From: Squalus acanthias
Taxonomy: Eukaryota
Reading direction: 5' to 3'
Assembly: GCA_030390025.1 (NCBI GenBank)
Contig: CM059432.1
Location: 9,672,001 to 9,736,000, forward strand
DNA length: 64,000 nt
The notes beneath the pieces are model-generated. The model saw only the letters and a list, made by a program, of their open reading frames with translations, ran no database searches and was not told the DNA's origin. This document shows positions 24,883 through 37,490 of this stretch, piece by piece (position 1 is the first letter of the stretch; each line of letters starts with the position of its first letter). The translations under genes and the position numbers were made by a program.

Positions 24883-26749
24883 GTAAGTCTCGCTCTGTAA
24901 ATAGAAAAGGGCGGCTGGCTATGAAAATCTTGTCTGAGAGCTTTGCTGCTAGCTCACTTGCCCAAGAGATGTAAAATCCACTGAGGCGGCCGCTCTTCAA
25001 GGGATGCAGCTCACCATTAAAGGAGAAGTTGTGGTGGTGGCAGAGAAGTGGAGCAATTGTTCCCGAGACCTCGGTGCCTCCCTTTGCTGCTTAAGTTTTG
25101 GAGAGCCTACAGCAGGTGAAGAAGGGTTGGCTTCCCGGCCACCCGGCAGATTGCGGGTTTAGGTTTACGCTCCTGATAATGACGAACCTCTCATCCTCGG
25201 ATCCACCAGTTCTTCCTTTCCATTTGACTTCAAAAGTTCCCCTGATACGCCTGCTGGGCACAGGCTTAGTTCCCATAGTGGGTCTAAAGTGAAGGTCCAA
25301 GGGAGAACGGCTACGGGTCCGAGATCCAAGTGGCCCTCTAGTGGCTTTGTCTCCTGGCCTCGGGCTCCACCCACCACCACACCCCCCCCCGCCCCCCCAC
25401 CTCACAGCAGTAAGGTGGCACTCGTCCCACCACCTCTCGTGGTCGGGTGCCCATGCTGTACCAACCCAGGATTTTGGGATGGGGCAAGCAGTGGGTGGAA
25501 GCGGCAGGCAGAAGATTTTTGCCCCAGCTTTCTGCCACCAGGAGACTTTCTGTGTGGGATTTCTCCCGTCGACGTTCCCATTAATTTTCAGGAATTTCCA
25601 TATATTTTAGGTGTACTCATTACCTTACAACATGCATGGTTAGTGTTCGTTAAGCAGGAGATTTATTCCACGTTCAAAGATGGAAATAAACAGACTGCAA
25701 AGCTTGAATTGAATTCCAGGCCATCAGTTGGCAGACTCTCCAATTAATTATTCTTTACTTATCTTTTTGCAGGATTGAATCAGTTAGAATTTATATTGGA
25801 AATAAAGGTGTTTAATCGTAAAAGAGCAAACAATAGCTGTTAAATGGACCGGCCCTTCTTTTTAAATAATAAATAAATTGAAGTCGCTGAACTCAAATGA
25901 ATTTTATTGTAACCGACTAGGCTAATTTTATAAATATACATAAAAAGATACTTTGCATCTGATTGGCATGTTTTCACTTCGCCTAATTTGTTAAACTCTG
26001 AACTACAGACTTCAAGTAGATTAAAAATCTAATTATAACAGTGTCTTTGTGACACCGCTAATTTATTTCACAGTCCGTTCAAATCTAACATTGAATATCA
26101 TGCGGTTAACAAACAGAAAACAAATGTATTCCTGTTTAGTTTAAATTAACTTAATTTCATAAACACTTAAAACAGTTGCAATTTAATTTTCTCTCAGATG
26201 TTTGCCAATTTGGGTGTTCATTTTATGAATTCAAAATCAAGCAAGTCATGGAGACCAGCAAACTTCTGTTTCCTTTACCTCCGAATGGGCACAATTTCCC
26301 TGGTTTCTCACTTTTTCCAAGTGTTAATTTGAGTTCTGAATGGTGTAACCGGGCAGCATCACCCAGTGGCTGTAGCCCATCGCTCAAAGAAAAACAGAAA
26401 TTCTCATCTGTTTGCTTCGCCCTGTCATTTGTAACGATACCCAGGTAGCAGATTAATAAGAACATAAGAATTAGGAGCAGGAGTAGGTCATTCGGCCCCT
26501 CGAGCCTGCTCCGCCATTCAATAAGATCATGGCTGATCTTCGACCTCAGTCCACTTTCCCGCCCGATCTCCATATCCCTTGATTCCCCAAGAGTCCAAAA
26601 ATCTATCGATCTCAGCCTTGAATATACTCAAAGACTGAGCCTCCACAGCCCTCTGGGGTAGAGAATTCCAAAGATTCACAACCCTCTGAGTGAAGAAATT
26701 CCTCCTCATCTCAGTCTTAAATGGCCTACCCCTTATCCTATGCCCCTCA

Positions 26750-27465
26750 TGTATATCAATCACAAAAAGTTTGCAAGCAGGTACAGCAAGTAATTAGGAA
26801 GGCAAATGGAGTGTTGGCCTTTATTGCAAAGGGAATGGAGTATAAAAGTAGAGAAGTCCTATTACAACTGTACAGGGCGTTGGTGAGACCACACCTGGAG
26901 TACTGTGTACAGTTTTGGTCTCCTTATTTAAGGAAGGATATACTTGCATTGGAGGCAGTTCAAAGAAGGTTCACGAGGTTGATTCCAGAGATGAAGGGGT
27001 TGTCTTATGAAGAAAGGTTGAGCAGGTTGGGCCTATACTCATTGGAGTTTAGAAGAATGAGAGGGGATCTTATTGAAACATATAAGATTCTGAAGGGGCT
27101 TGACAGGGTGGATGCTGAGAGGATGTTTCCCCTCGTGGGGGAATCTAGAACTAGGGGGCATAGTTTCAGAATAAGGGGGCACCCATTTAAAACGGAAATG
27201 AGGAGGAATTTCTTCTCTCAGAGGGTCGTGAATCTTTGGAATTCTCTTCCCCAGAGAGCTGTGGAGGCTGGGTCATTGAATATATTTAAGGTAGAGATAG
27301 ACAGATTTTTGAAAGGTAAGGGAGTCAAGGGTTTTGGGGAGCAGGCAGGGAAATGGAGTTGAGACCAAGATCAGATCAGCCATGATCATATTGAATGGCG
27401 GAGCAGGCTCGAGGGGCCAAATAACCTACTCCTGCTCCTACGTCTTAAGTTCTTATGTTCTTATG
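26750..27465 (+). mobile_element. CR1 LINE 3' part with an open RT C-terminal frame
   Basis: ORF 26721..27362 (KANGVLAFI...[15 protein letters not shown]...FFSQRVVNLWNSLP), (TTCTTATG)n tail. Confidence 0.95.
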
Positions 27466-27504
27466 TAGTTCTAGACTCTCCAGCCAGGGGAAACAACCTT
27501 TCAG

Positions 27505-27975
27505 CTCAGCGTAAGCTCGAGGAACAGCACCTCATCTTTCCTTTAGGCACGCTACAGCCCTCTGGACTCAATATCGAGTTCAACAATTTTAGATCATAAC
27601 CTCAGCTCCAATCACATTTATATTTTATTTTATCCACCCTTTTATTTGTCCCCCCCCCACCTTTTTTTTTTCCTCCTAGAAGCTGGCAGCTGTCCTTCAT
27701 TCTGCCAGTGGATTTCACACTTCATTCAGCCTTAATCTGTCACATTAACACCACCTCTAGCCTTGCATATCTCTTAATGTCTCTTAATGTCTCTGCATCT
27801 CCCCCTTTGTTCCTTTATCCCCTCCCCCTTTTCCCAGCTTTACTCTGGCCTTAAATCTATTTGATTTCCGGCTCTTCCCAGTTCTGATGAAAGGTCATCG
27901 ACCTGAAACGTTAACTCTCTTTCTCTCTCCACGGATGCTGCCTGGCCTGCTGAGTTTTTCCAGCATTTTCTGTTG
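27505..27975 (+). mobile_element. Penelope-like element 3' end
   Basis: 27507-27599 encodes QRKLEEQHLIFPLGTLQPSGLNIEFNNFRS*, resembling the Penelope GIY-YIG C-terminus (RK..E...I..L.TL.P.GLN). It is followed by a pyrimidine-rich tract and a hammerhead motif. Confidence 0.8.
27880..27916 (+). ncRNA. Minimal type I hammerhead ribozyme motif
   Basis: AGTT-CTGATGA-A-AGGTC-ATC-GACCT-GAAAC-GTT-AACT: both core boxes, stem I, stem II and a loopless palindromic stem III. Confidence 0.75.
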
Positions 27976-28764
27976 TTATTTCTCTCAGCATCTACCCTGT
28001 CAATCCCCCTCAGGATCTTATATGTTTCAATGAGATCACCTCTCATTCTTCTAAACCAGAGAGTATAGGCCCATTCTACTCAATCTCTCCTCATAGGACA
28101 ACCCTTTCATCCCAGGAATCAAATAGGGGAATCACTATCTTCTAGATTACACCAATAAAATGTTAAATTCCATCTGTAGTGATACTCAGGGACAGTCAGA
28201 AAGTAGATTAAATGGGGGAATCACTCTCTTCTAGAATCTAGATTACACCAATAAAATTGTAATCGAGTACATATCTGCATGTAACACTAACCCTTCGAGC
28301 ATAATTGACAATTGTACATGCAAATCCAGTGGTCCAATTGATTTGTTTGAATTTGCATATTCAGTCAAATAACACACATTTTTAGTATGAAAGAAAAGAA
28401 AAAGAAAGAAAGACTTGCATTTCTATAGCGCCTTTCACGACCACCGGACGTCACAAAGCACTTTACAGCCAATGAAGTACTTTGGAGTGTAGTCACTGTT
28501 ACAATGTAGGAAAGTCTAGCTCACAAGGTTAAGCTGTTACAGGGCATGATTTTACTTTTATTGTTACCTCCAACGTTTCCCCGTCAAATCACCATTAATG
28601 TCACCTATTATCATACTTCTTCCTTCCGAAGCAGGCGTGAGATAACTCGTCCTGTAAAGTACGCATTGCCCTGGGAGGATTCCATCTCGTGGTCAGTTCC
28701 GATGGGAACAAGGACAGCTGAGCGACTGAAGGTCAATTCAGCTCCAATAACTTATTTTTATTCA

Positions 28765-29112
28765 TTCCCGTTGCCGGCCATTTACTGCCCATTCGTAATT
28801 GCCCTCGAGGAGATGGTGGTGGTGAGCCGCCTTCTTGAAAACCACTGCTAGGCCATCTCAGAGGGCAGTTAAGAGGCAACCACATTGCTGTGAGTCTGGA
28901 GTCACATATAGGCCAGACCGGGTAAGGACGGCAGATTTCCTTCCCTAAAGGACATTAGGGAACCAGGTGGGGATTTTTAAGACAATCCGGTAGTTTCAAG
29001 GTCCCCATTACTGATACTAGCTTTTTAATTCCAAATTTATTGAATTGAATTGAAATTCTCCCAGCGGCCGAGGTGGGATTTGAACTCACGTCTCCGGATC
29101 ATTAGGCCAGGC
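28765..29112 (-). mobile_element. tRNA-derived SINE (same family as 13222-13990)
   Basis: Direct homology (ggtaaggacggcagatttccttccc...attactgatactagctttttaattcc). Confidence 0.75.
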
Positions 29113-29139
29113 CGAAAATAGCATTTCAACTTGGACCTC

Positions 29140-29350
29140 TTTTGGGAATGGGCTGCCATGCTCGATTACTACTTGGACTTTTCATCTCCAAGATCTAAGT
29201 TTGAATCCAGCTCAGACTGATGAGATAAATCTGCTTGCTCTAAGTCTCCTGCGTAAAATCAGTTTGGGTGGCTCCAACTCAATTTCTAATGGGCACAGGT
29301 CCATGGTACAAAATTGCCTCCAACTTGTAGCAATTGTCACTAAATTGGGA
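29140..29350 (+). mobile_element. Ancient LF-SINE-like fragment
   Basis: tttcatctc...tttgaatccagctcaga...aaaatcagtttgggtgg...caatttctaatgggc...caattgtcactaaattgg parallels the LF-SINE consensus as recalled. Not searched. Confidence 0.55.
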
Positions 29351-29426
29351 ATCTTACTTAGGAACTTCAAAAACCATAGCTAATAAGAGAATAAGAAAGG
29401 ATACACTGGTGCCTGGGCTGCTCAAG

Positions 29427-30630
29427 AACAACAACAGCAGCATCAACTTGGGTTTATATAGCACCTTTAACGCAGTAAAACGTCCCAAGGCACTTCACAG
29501 GAGCGTTATCAGACAAAATTTTACACCCAGCCACATAAGGAGATATTCGGACAAGTGACCAAAAGCTTATGTAGAATTACATAGGCCCAAAAATTAGTCT
29601 CAGTACGCGAGAGTACGCACTGTGTACTCTCGCGTATTCTGTCTCCAATTGCCGATTTTCTGCATGCACTGCGCATGCGCTGAAAACCGGCACTTGGTGA
29701 ACTCAAAAGGGGGCGGTTCCTAGGTGAACCGCGTGCGCGCTACAGGCTGCGCGCACGCAGTGCACTTAGTGCTTTGAACGCGCAGGTAAGCATGGAAGAT
29801 TTTGCACATAAAGAAAGGAGGCATAAGACCCTCTTTTAACAAGGTAAGTAGTTAATTAAGTATTATTTTAAAAAATTTTCAACAGGTATATCTTTTTTAG
29901 AGACTTTAAAGAAAGGTAAGTTTATTTTTATAACTTTTAAAAAGATTTAAAAATTTTTCAAAAATTTAATTTTTTGTTTAAAGTGGTTAATTTAATAAAC
30001 TATACTTATTTTATTAATGCGATGGTTTAAAAAAAAAATTTAATTGAGGTTTAGCTGTTCTTTTGGGGTGTATAGATTCATAGCTTTGACAGCCCTTGCT
30101 GTCAAAACTATGAATGAAAGATGGTGTGCTGCCATTGGCTCTAACTGAATCACGTGATCCCACAGCTCGCACGAATTAACTGCGTCTGTGGGATACGCAC
30201 ACACTGCACAGCTGCAGCCTTGAAACTAAAGTTCGTGTGAGCTCGGAAGGAAAAGGCAGGCGCGCAGTGAGATATCGCGGGGAAGCCTTACCCCCGCAGG
30301 AAGGCTCCGTCTTTAATTTCTGGGCCATAGAGTCCACAGCACAGAAACAGGCCATTCGGCCCCACTGGTCCGTGCAAGCGTTTGTGCTCCACACGCGCCT
30401 CCTCCCACCCCTCTTCGTCTAGCCCTATCAGCATACCCTTCCAGCTTGGTCAAAGAGGTAGGTTTTACGGAGAAGGAGAGGCGGCGAGGCTTTAGGGAGG
30501 AAATTCCAGAGCTTAGGGCCGAGGCAGCTGAAAGCACGGTTGCCAATGGTGGGGCGAAGGAAATCGAGGATGCGCAAGAGGGCAGAAATTGGAGGAGCGC
30601 GGAGATCTCGGAGAGTTGTAGTAATTGGGG
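29427..30630 (-). mobile_element. L2 3' end split (29427-29570 and 30445-30630) by a CR1 tail that carries a MITE
   Basis: Pieces are colinear with the L2 at 59500-59997 (GPKLWN.LPK). Confidence 0.7.
29584..30326. mobile_element. Harbinger-type MITE, family C, inserted in a CR1 tail
   Basis: TIRs GGCCCAAAAATTA / TAATTTCTGGGCC, TSD ATA, right flank ATAgagtccacagcacagaaacaggccattcgg. Confidence 0.82.
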
Positions 30631-31494
30631 TTAAATAATATGATTGGGATGGAGTTGGTGGGAGCTGTACTTCTGTATCTAACCAAGCGATGGCTGGCTT
30701 GGGAGGGCTTGATGCTGACACTGAAATCCAAAAGTGAAAAAAAGTCATAGAGTCACAACGGCACAGAAGGAGGCCATTCGGCCCATCGAGTCCATGCCAT
30801 TGTAGCATTGGCAACCCTCACCGTTACCAGAACCAAAGATTCAATATATTTTTTTGATAAAGTGCACATTTCTATGAAAATCCAGCAGTCAACCAATAAA
30901 TTCCACACATCTAATCTGCATTCAAATCTTCATGCATGCTATTTGGTAAATCTAACTGTTGGATGCGTTTGCAATCTGAATCGAGAGATGTTCTGAGGCC
31001 CGTCCATTGCACTGGAGTCAGGCAGCTTGACCAGCAGTACCACTTGGCTTCTGCTACTTTATCTCTGCACATCTACTTTGGTACAGTGGCGCTCTAACCT
31101 TTCGCTTTCCCCTTTATGAAAGGAGAACTTATTTTCAATGCAATTATCAGCTAAAGGCATTTTTTATTCCAATACCTCTAAAATTAGTAAAGTATAATGA
31201 GCACTAAGAATTGATTGTATCCTTAGGGAACATTTTGCATGAAGCGATTCATTTTGCCTCACTAAATTACAAATTATTGATGACGTTGTCACTTTTGCGA
31301 CAAAATTTATTGTTTTATGCATTAACCGAAGTCACGCAATTAGTCCAACCTTAATAAATATTTCTAAATGGACTTTATTTAATTCTTACGCCACTGTGAG
31401 ATTTTGAAGAGCTGTCACTTGTTACTTTTCAATTTTGCTATAAATCTGCATCCATTTTATTGTGAAGTCCCAATAGCCCATTCGATGTGGTGTT

Positions 31495-33190
31495 CACCAT
31501 GGCTCAGTGGGTAGAACTCTTGCCTCCAAGTCCAGACCGTCATGAGTTCAAATTCCTACTACATAAGACTTGAGCCCAAAATCTAGGCTGGCACATCAGT
31601 ACCAGTACTGAGGGAGTGCTGCATTGTCTGGAGGTGTCGTCTTTAGGAACAGACGTTAAACCAAGGCCCTGTCTGCCCTCTCAGGTGGATGCAAAAGGTC
31701 CCATTGCACAATTTTGAAGAAGAGCAGCAGAATTCTCCAATTGTCCTGTCCAATATTTATCCCTCAACCAACACCTGAAAACAGATTATCTGGTCATTAT
31801 CACATTGCTGTTTGTGGGAGCTTGCTGTGCGCAAATTGGCTGTCGCATTTCCCTACATTACAACAGTGACTGTACTTCAAAAAGTACTTATAGAGTCATA
31901 GGGGGAAAAATTCAGTATCGCCCCATTTGGGGCGCAATTATCGGTCGGGCGTAAAGATTAGCGCCTGACGCTAATTATCGCCTCCGACTGCAAACTTGAC
32001 TTTTATCGCCCCTGGAGGTGATTGGAGCGCTAAATCAGGCGCTTCACACCTGTCTTAAGGCGCAAAGGCCGAGGAGCGAGGCGCTAACTCAGAGCGCTGG
32101 CGAAGCTCATGTGATGTCAGTCAGCAATGGAACACAGACACAATGGCCCCGGCCAGTTCTTAAAGGGGAGGGTCGATCTTGCTCTCCAGCCACATCCTGC
32201 TCATTCCAGCCTTGAATCTCGGCCTGGAGAGACCTGTACATCAAATCTGCTGGAAAGAACAATGGAGAGGCCCAGGGAAAGAGCTCAGAGTGCAGCCCCC
32301 ACAGTCTCTTCTAAATCGATACAAGGAAGGGCAAATCAAAATGAACCTGCAAACTGCTGCTCAGTACCCAAAATTCCTTCACACAGTGTTGAATCACTCC
32401 AGAAGTCTCTCTCTCTCTCTCAGAATGCGTGGTTCAAAAATGTCGGCAACAAAAAAAGGCAGGAAGCGGTCGCCTTTAAATAACGCTCCCCCAGTCCCTT
32501 CCTGACTGCAAAACGCTCCCCTCAACCTGTCATTGCTAGCGGCAGGCGGTAAGGCAGGGGGCGCCACTCAATATCCACTCTGGGGCGCTAACGGGGCATT
32601 GCGCACTCGACTGACGTCACGATCTGCCGCCGCAGGAGATCGTGGTGGTACTGTTTAGCGCCGCCGTAAAATGTCTAGTTAATTTCGCGAGCGGCGTAAA
32701 CATCGCCGCGCCCGGGCGCTAGTTGCTTTGCGCCCCATTAGCACCCTCTTGAGGCGCTAACGGGAGGCGCAACCAACTGAATTTCTCCCCCATAGAGTTA
32801 TACAGCACAGAAAGAGGCCCTTCGGTCCATCGTGTCCACACCGGCCATCAAGCCCTGTCTATTCTAATCCCATTTTCCAGCACTTGGTCCGTAGCCTTGT
32901 ATGCTATGGCATTTCAAATGCTCATCTAAATGCTTCTTGAATGTTGTGAGGGTTCCTGCCTCTACCACCCTTTCAGGCAGTGAGTTCCAGATTCCAACCA
33001 CCCTCTGGGTGAAAAAGTTTTTCCTCAAATCCTCTCTAAACCTCCTGCCCCTTACCTTGAAACTATGCCCCCTGGTTATTGACCCCCCTACTAAGGGGAA
33101 AAGTTCCTTTCTATCTTCCCTATAATTTTGCCCCTCATAATTTAGTACTTCATTGGCTGTAAAGCGCTTTGGGACGTCCCGAGGCAGTGA
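31495..33190 (+). mobile_element. SacSINE1 (31495-31889 and 33140-33190) interrupted by a minus-strand CR1 3' end (31890-33140)
   Basis: The SINE resumes at agtacttcattggctgtaaagcg. CR1 motifs are at 32792-33140. Confidence 0.8.
31901..32791. mobile_element. Harbinger-type element, family B, in a CR1 tail
   Basis: TIR GGGGGA(A/G)AAATTCAGT, TSD ATA. Inverted homolog of 21738-22622. Confidence 0.88.
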
Positions 33191-33424
33191 ACATGAAACA
33201 ATGGCCTGCGGTGGATGAACAAAATCAAAAGGTCAAACTTCTAATTTAAAAAATGTATTTTCTCTTTGCTTCCCTTCTCTCCTGATGATGCTGACACTTG
33301 CGGCTATATGATGTCACGGATGCTGGAGCCTCGTCCAATAGCCATTCTTCCCACCTGAGCATAGTCAGCGAGTGACGACAAGTACAAGCCTAATCTTGTC
33401 CTCATCTGAAATGCACATGGAACA

Positions 33425-33707
33425 AAAAGACTTGCCTTTATATCGCGCCATTCATGACCTCAGGATGAAGTACCTTTGAAGTGCAGTCACTGTTGTAATG
33501 TAATTGGCGCACAGCAAGCTCCCACAGACAGCAATGAAATAAATGACCAGATCATCTGTTTTAGCGATGTTGGTTGAGGGATAAATGTTGGCCAGGACAC
33601 TGAGTAGATCTCCCCTGCTCTTCTTCAAAATAGTGGCCATGGGATCTTTTATGTCCACCCAACCGGGGCCTCGGTTTAACGTCTCATCCGAAAGACGGCA
33701 CCTCCGA
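33425..33707 (-). mobile_element. SacSINE1 fragment
   Basis: Deu body and tail. Confidence 0.8.
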
Positions 33708-33844
33708 AAGGGCAGCACGAATGGCATCTGCGCATCTGTAGGTCTGTCAGTCATTTTATCTCAAACGCATGACAGCTAAGGAAGCATTAAAGTCCAATAC
33801 GCAGTGTTTTTTGGACGTGCTATGATGATCTCAGCAGAATACTG

Positions 33845-34555
33845 AGGTCGCCTGAGGAAGAGAGTGTTTGAGGACTTCAAACCCAGCACCAAGCTCATGG
33901 TCTACAGAGCAGTAGTGATACCCGCCCTCCTGTATGCTTCAGAGACATGGGCCATGTACAGCAGGCACCTCAAAGCACTGGAGAGGTCCCACCAACGCTG
34001 CCTCCGCAAGATCCTGCAAATCCATTGGCAGGATAGGCACACCAATGTCAGTGTTCTTGCTCAGGTCAACATCCCCAGCATCGAAGCTTTGACCACGCTC
34101 GATCAGCTCTGATGGACGGGCCACATCGTCCGTATGCCCGATACGAGACTCCCAAAACAAGCGCTGTACTCGGAGCTCCAACACGGCAAGAGAGCCCCAG
34201 GTGGGCAGAGGAAACGCTTCACGGACACCCTCAAAGCCTCCTTGAAAAAGTGCAACATCCCCATCGACACCTGGGAATCCCTGGCCCAAGACCGCACAAA
34301 GTGGAGGAGAAGCATTCGGGAAGACGCCGAACACCTCGAGTCTCTTCGCCGGGAACAAGCGGAAGCCAAGCACAAACAGCGGAAGGAGCGCACGTCAACC
34401 CAAGCACCCCACCCACCCGCCCCTTCAACCACCGTCCGCCCCCACCTGTGACAGAGACTGTAGGTCCCGCATTGGACTCGTCAGTCATCTGAGAACCCAT
34501 TTTTAGTGTGGAAGCAAGTCATCCTCGGTTCCGAGGGCCTGCCTAAGAATAAGAT
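33845..34555 (+). mobile_element. RTE-clade LINE 3' fragment
   Basis: TKLMVYRAVVIPALLYASETW...QRCLRKILQIHWQDR..N...W.GHIVRMPDTRLPKQALYSEL..GKR.PGGQRKRF.D is the typical RTE C-terminus, with one in-frame stop. Confidence 0.9.
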
Positions 34556-34875
34556 AATACTGAGGGAGTGCTGCTTTGTCAGAGGTACCATTGGTTAGAT
34601 GAGACGTTAAACTGTAGCATCGTCTGCCTGTTGAGGTGAACGCAAGAGATCCCCTGGCACTATTCAAATCAAAGGAGGAGGATTCTCCTGGCATCCTAGA
34701 CATCAGAGTAAATGGTCATTGATCTCATTGCTGTTTATGTGTCCTTGCTGTGCACAAATTGGGTGCCATGTCTGCCTACGTAACAATAGCGCCGACACTT
34801 GACTCAACTCATTGGTTGCGAAGCGCTTTGGGATGTCCTGAGTGTGTAAAAGAGGCGAACTAACTGCAAGTTTTT
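34556..34875 (+). mobile_element. Older, diverged Deu-domain SINE
   Basis: Degenerate match to the SINE body and tail. Confidence 0.7.
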
Positions 34876-35344
34876 CCTACTTCACATCATTTTAGTTTTG
34901 ACAAAAAAATTTGTAGAAGGAATTTGTGAAATTGTGCAAATATAGTTGGTCACTATGTGTCCCATTAGTTCAATTCAGATAATTGAAGTATATTAAAATA
35001 AATGACATGGACATTATTAGGCCATTGAATTTTTGCAGTTTTAGAGAATATAAAAATCAATGAAAAGGGAATAAATTACTGTCAACATTGCCTTTGTACA
35101 AATGCACTCAGATCAAATCGCTTTCTCTCCTATTTTAGCTGGCATTAACCGCTTTACTTTATATGATTTAACATCTCTGTTAGAATCGCAGAGAGAGAAA
35201 TTTGATACAAGTGCATTTGGTGCACATACAATAATGCCAACAGTGATTCCTACCCTTTAGTCTTTATCAGCCATGATGTCAGTTTTACTAAACAGCCTGA
35301 AGATTTTGATCCACTTTACTGATGCTCAGAGCTCCACTCAGTAA

Positions 35345-35757
35345 AAGAAAGAAAGAAGACTTGCATTTATATGGCGCCTTTCACGGCCACCAGACGTCTC
35401 AAAGCACTTTACAGCCAATGAAGTGCTTTTGGAGAGTAGTCACTGTTGTAATGTAGGGAAACGCGGCAGCCAATCTGCACACAGCAAGCTCCCACAAGCA
35501 GCAATGTGATAACAACCAGATAATCTGCTTTTGTTATGTTGATTTGAGGAGATAAATATTGGTCAGGACACCGGGGAGAACTTCCCCCGGCTCTATGGGT
35601 TCTTTTGCATCCACATGGGAGAGCAGACGGGGGCTCATCCTCAGCACTGCACTGCAGTATCAGCCTGGATAACGTGTGCAAGTCTCTGGAGTGGGGCTTG
35701 AACTCACGACCTTCTGACTCAGAGGTGAGAATGCTATCCACTGAGTCACGGCTGACA
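35345..35757 (-). mobile_element. SacSINE1/Deu-domain SINE with internal deletions
   Basis: Head and tail intact. Confidence 0.85.
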
Positions 35758-35946
35758 CAAAGGCCATGATTTTGCCGGCGCTCAGTGGGCGGGTTCGGAG
35801 GCGGGTCAGCTGTTAAACTCGCAATGATTGACGGCGGGTTGTAAACCCACCGCGATCCCACCTCCGTGTGAGTTTCCAAAGTGTCGGGTCTGCGATCTCA
35901 GAACAGACCCGACACCAAGCGGTGGGTGAGGCATTTAAGACACTTA

Positions 35947-36605
35947 GGGGCAAAAATAGGGTCGCGCCCCCTTTGGGGCGCTAACTTTGCCGGGGCGCTA
36001 CTTTTAGTGCCCTGAAAAAGTTAGCGTCCCCGTGCCCGAAATTCGATGGTAGCGCCCCAAGCAGGAGGCGGGGCGCTACTGGAAGCACTCCCCCTCCCTC
36101 TTGGGGTGCTCCAGCCCAATATCGCGGCGCGAGTGCCGCAGCGCCACACTCGCCGGCACGTCGCGCCGCGGTACTGCAGGCCTTCCTCGCCTTATTAAAG
36201 GGGAGGGGCCTAGCGCAGCATGATCCGGGGCCCCCGCTGGGCCACCAGGGAGCGGGGGTGTTGGCAAAAGAGCCCAGCACTCAAGAGGAGCGCTGGGCTG
36301 ACGGATGAGGGGGCAGGTGCTGGCAGACAGCCAGCAAAAAAAATGGCCGCCAGGCGCCTCCCCTTTGAATATCGCCGCCCAGGCCAAATGTACACCCCCC
36401 TGACCCTGTCGGACATAGCGTCCGGCGGTACGTCAGGGGGTGCAACCAAAGTTTGCAGCCAGGGCGCGTAGGGGCGCTGCGCATGGCGATGACATCATTG
36501 CCGGAGGCGCAGTGCTGCGGGGCGCTACCGGCTACCGCTGCCGCTAATCTCCCGCTGAATTTCGCGGCACTAATGGGAGGCGCAAAGCAACCGAATTTTG
36601 CCCCC
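35947..36605. mobile_element. GC-rich Harbinger-type MITE nested in the family A copy
   Basis: TIRs GGGGCAAAAAT / AATTTTGCCCCC, TSD TTA. Absent at the equivalent site (about 19628) of the other family A copy. Confidence 0.85.
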
Positions 36606-37490
36606 TTAACTCCTTGTTAATTGCTTGTTGATTGCTATTTTGACAGCCTTTTCCTATTTTTCCACATTTTAAACAGGTTTCACAACATTCGGAGATCACG
36701 TCAGGTAAGTATGTCGGGAGTAGCAGCGAGCTGCATAGTTCACAGCTGCAACTGCAGTATAAAAGCTGAACTCTCACATCTGTTCTCTTTCAAATGTTAG
36801 AGGTTGCTGATTTCAGGATTTTGAAGACACGTTTGATCTGTCTGGAAGCTGAAAGTGTGTGGTCTTAACTCTATATGCACTGTCCCCTCCTTGCAGCAAG
36901 CTCTCTCTCCATTGACAGATCGCTTCTGCCATCTCAACTTCAGCTGCCATCTATTCCAGCAACATCGGTGCCCTTGAAAAAATCTCACCTTGGTCCTCTG
37001 AATCCCTCCACGATCAGCCCCAGCACCAACATCACCAGGCACACCAGCATCACCAACAACAGCACCAACCTTCTGCGCAATCACCTGATGCTGCACAGGA
37101 CACAGGGCATCAGCACCCGACCACATTGCTGCCCGGGAGGCCAGGGTTGGCACCACCATGGCCAGATTTACTTCACTTGACACTGTACACCCTGGCTGCC
37201 ACATGATGTGACAGGTTGGCACCTCCCCACACCCGCACCATAAGACATTCCTAAAATGACCAAGCCATTCCTTTCACACTCATCACCATTGCGGGGGTTA
37301 CCGTTATGTTTCACCGTTCACCGCAACTCACAAAGACACTTCCAAATGTGCACACAAATCTGTCTAATAACGCAAAGTGTTGAAAATAAAGGTTTCAATG
37401 TTTGGCACCACATTAACAGAAACTTTACATGAACATTGCATAACACACCCAAGTGCCTACCCTTGTGTATTGTTAGTTGGTATGATTGCA

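Larger units (their letters stand above)
26455..28120 (-). mobile_element. CR1 3' fragment split into 26455-26747, 27466-27505 and 27982-28120
   Basis: The three pieces are colinear with the CR1 consensus and are interrupted by a plus-strand CR1 and a Penelope-like fragment. Confidence 0.8.

Noticed and set aside
25091..25747. Overlapping GC-rich ORFs
   Set aside because: Low-complexity, no recognisable product and no convincing splice pair.
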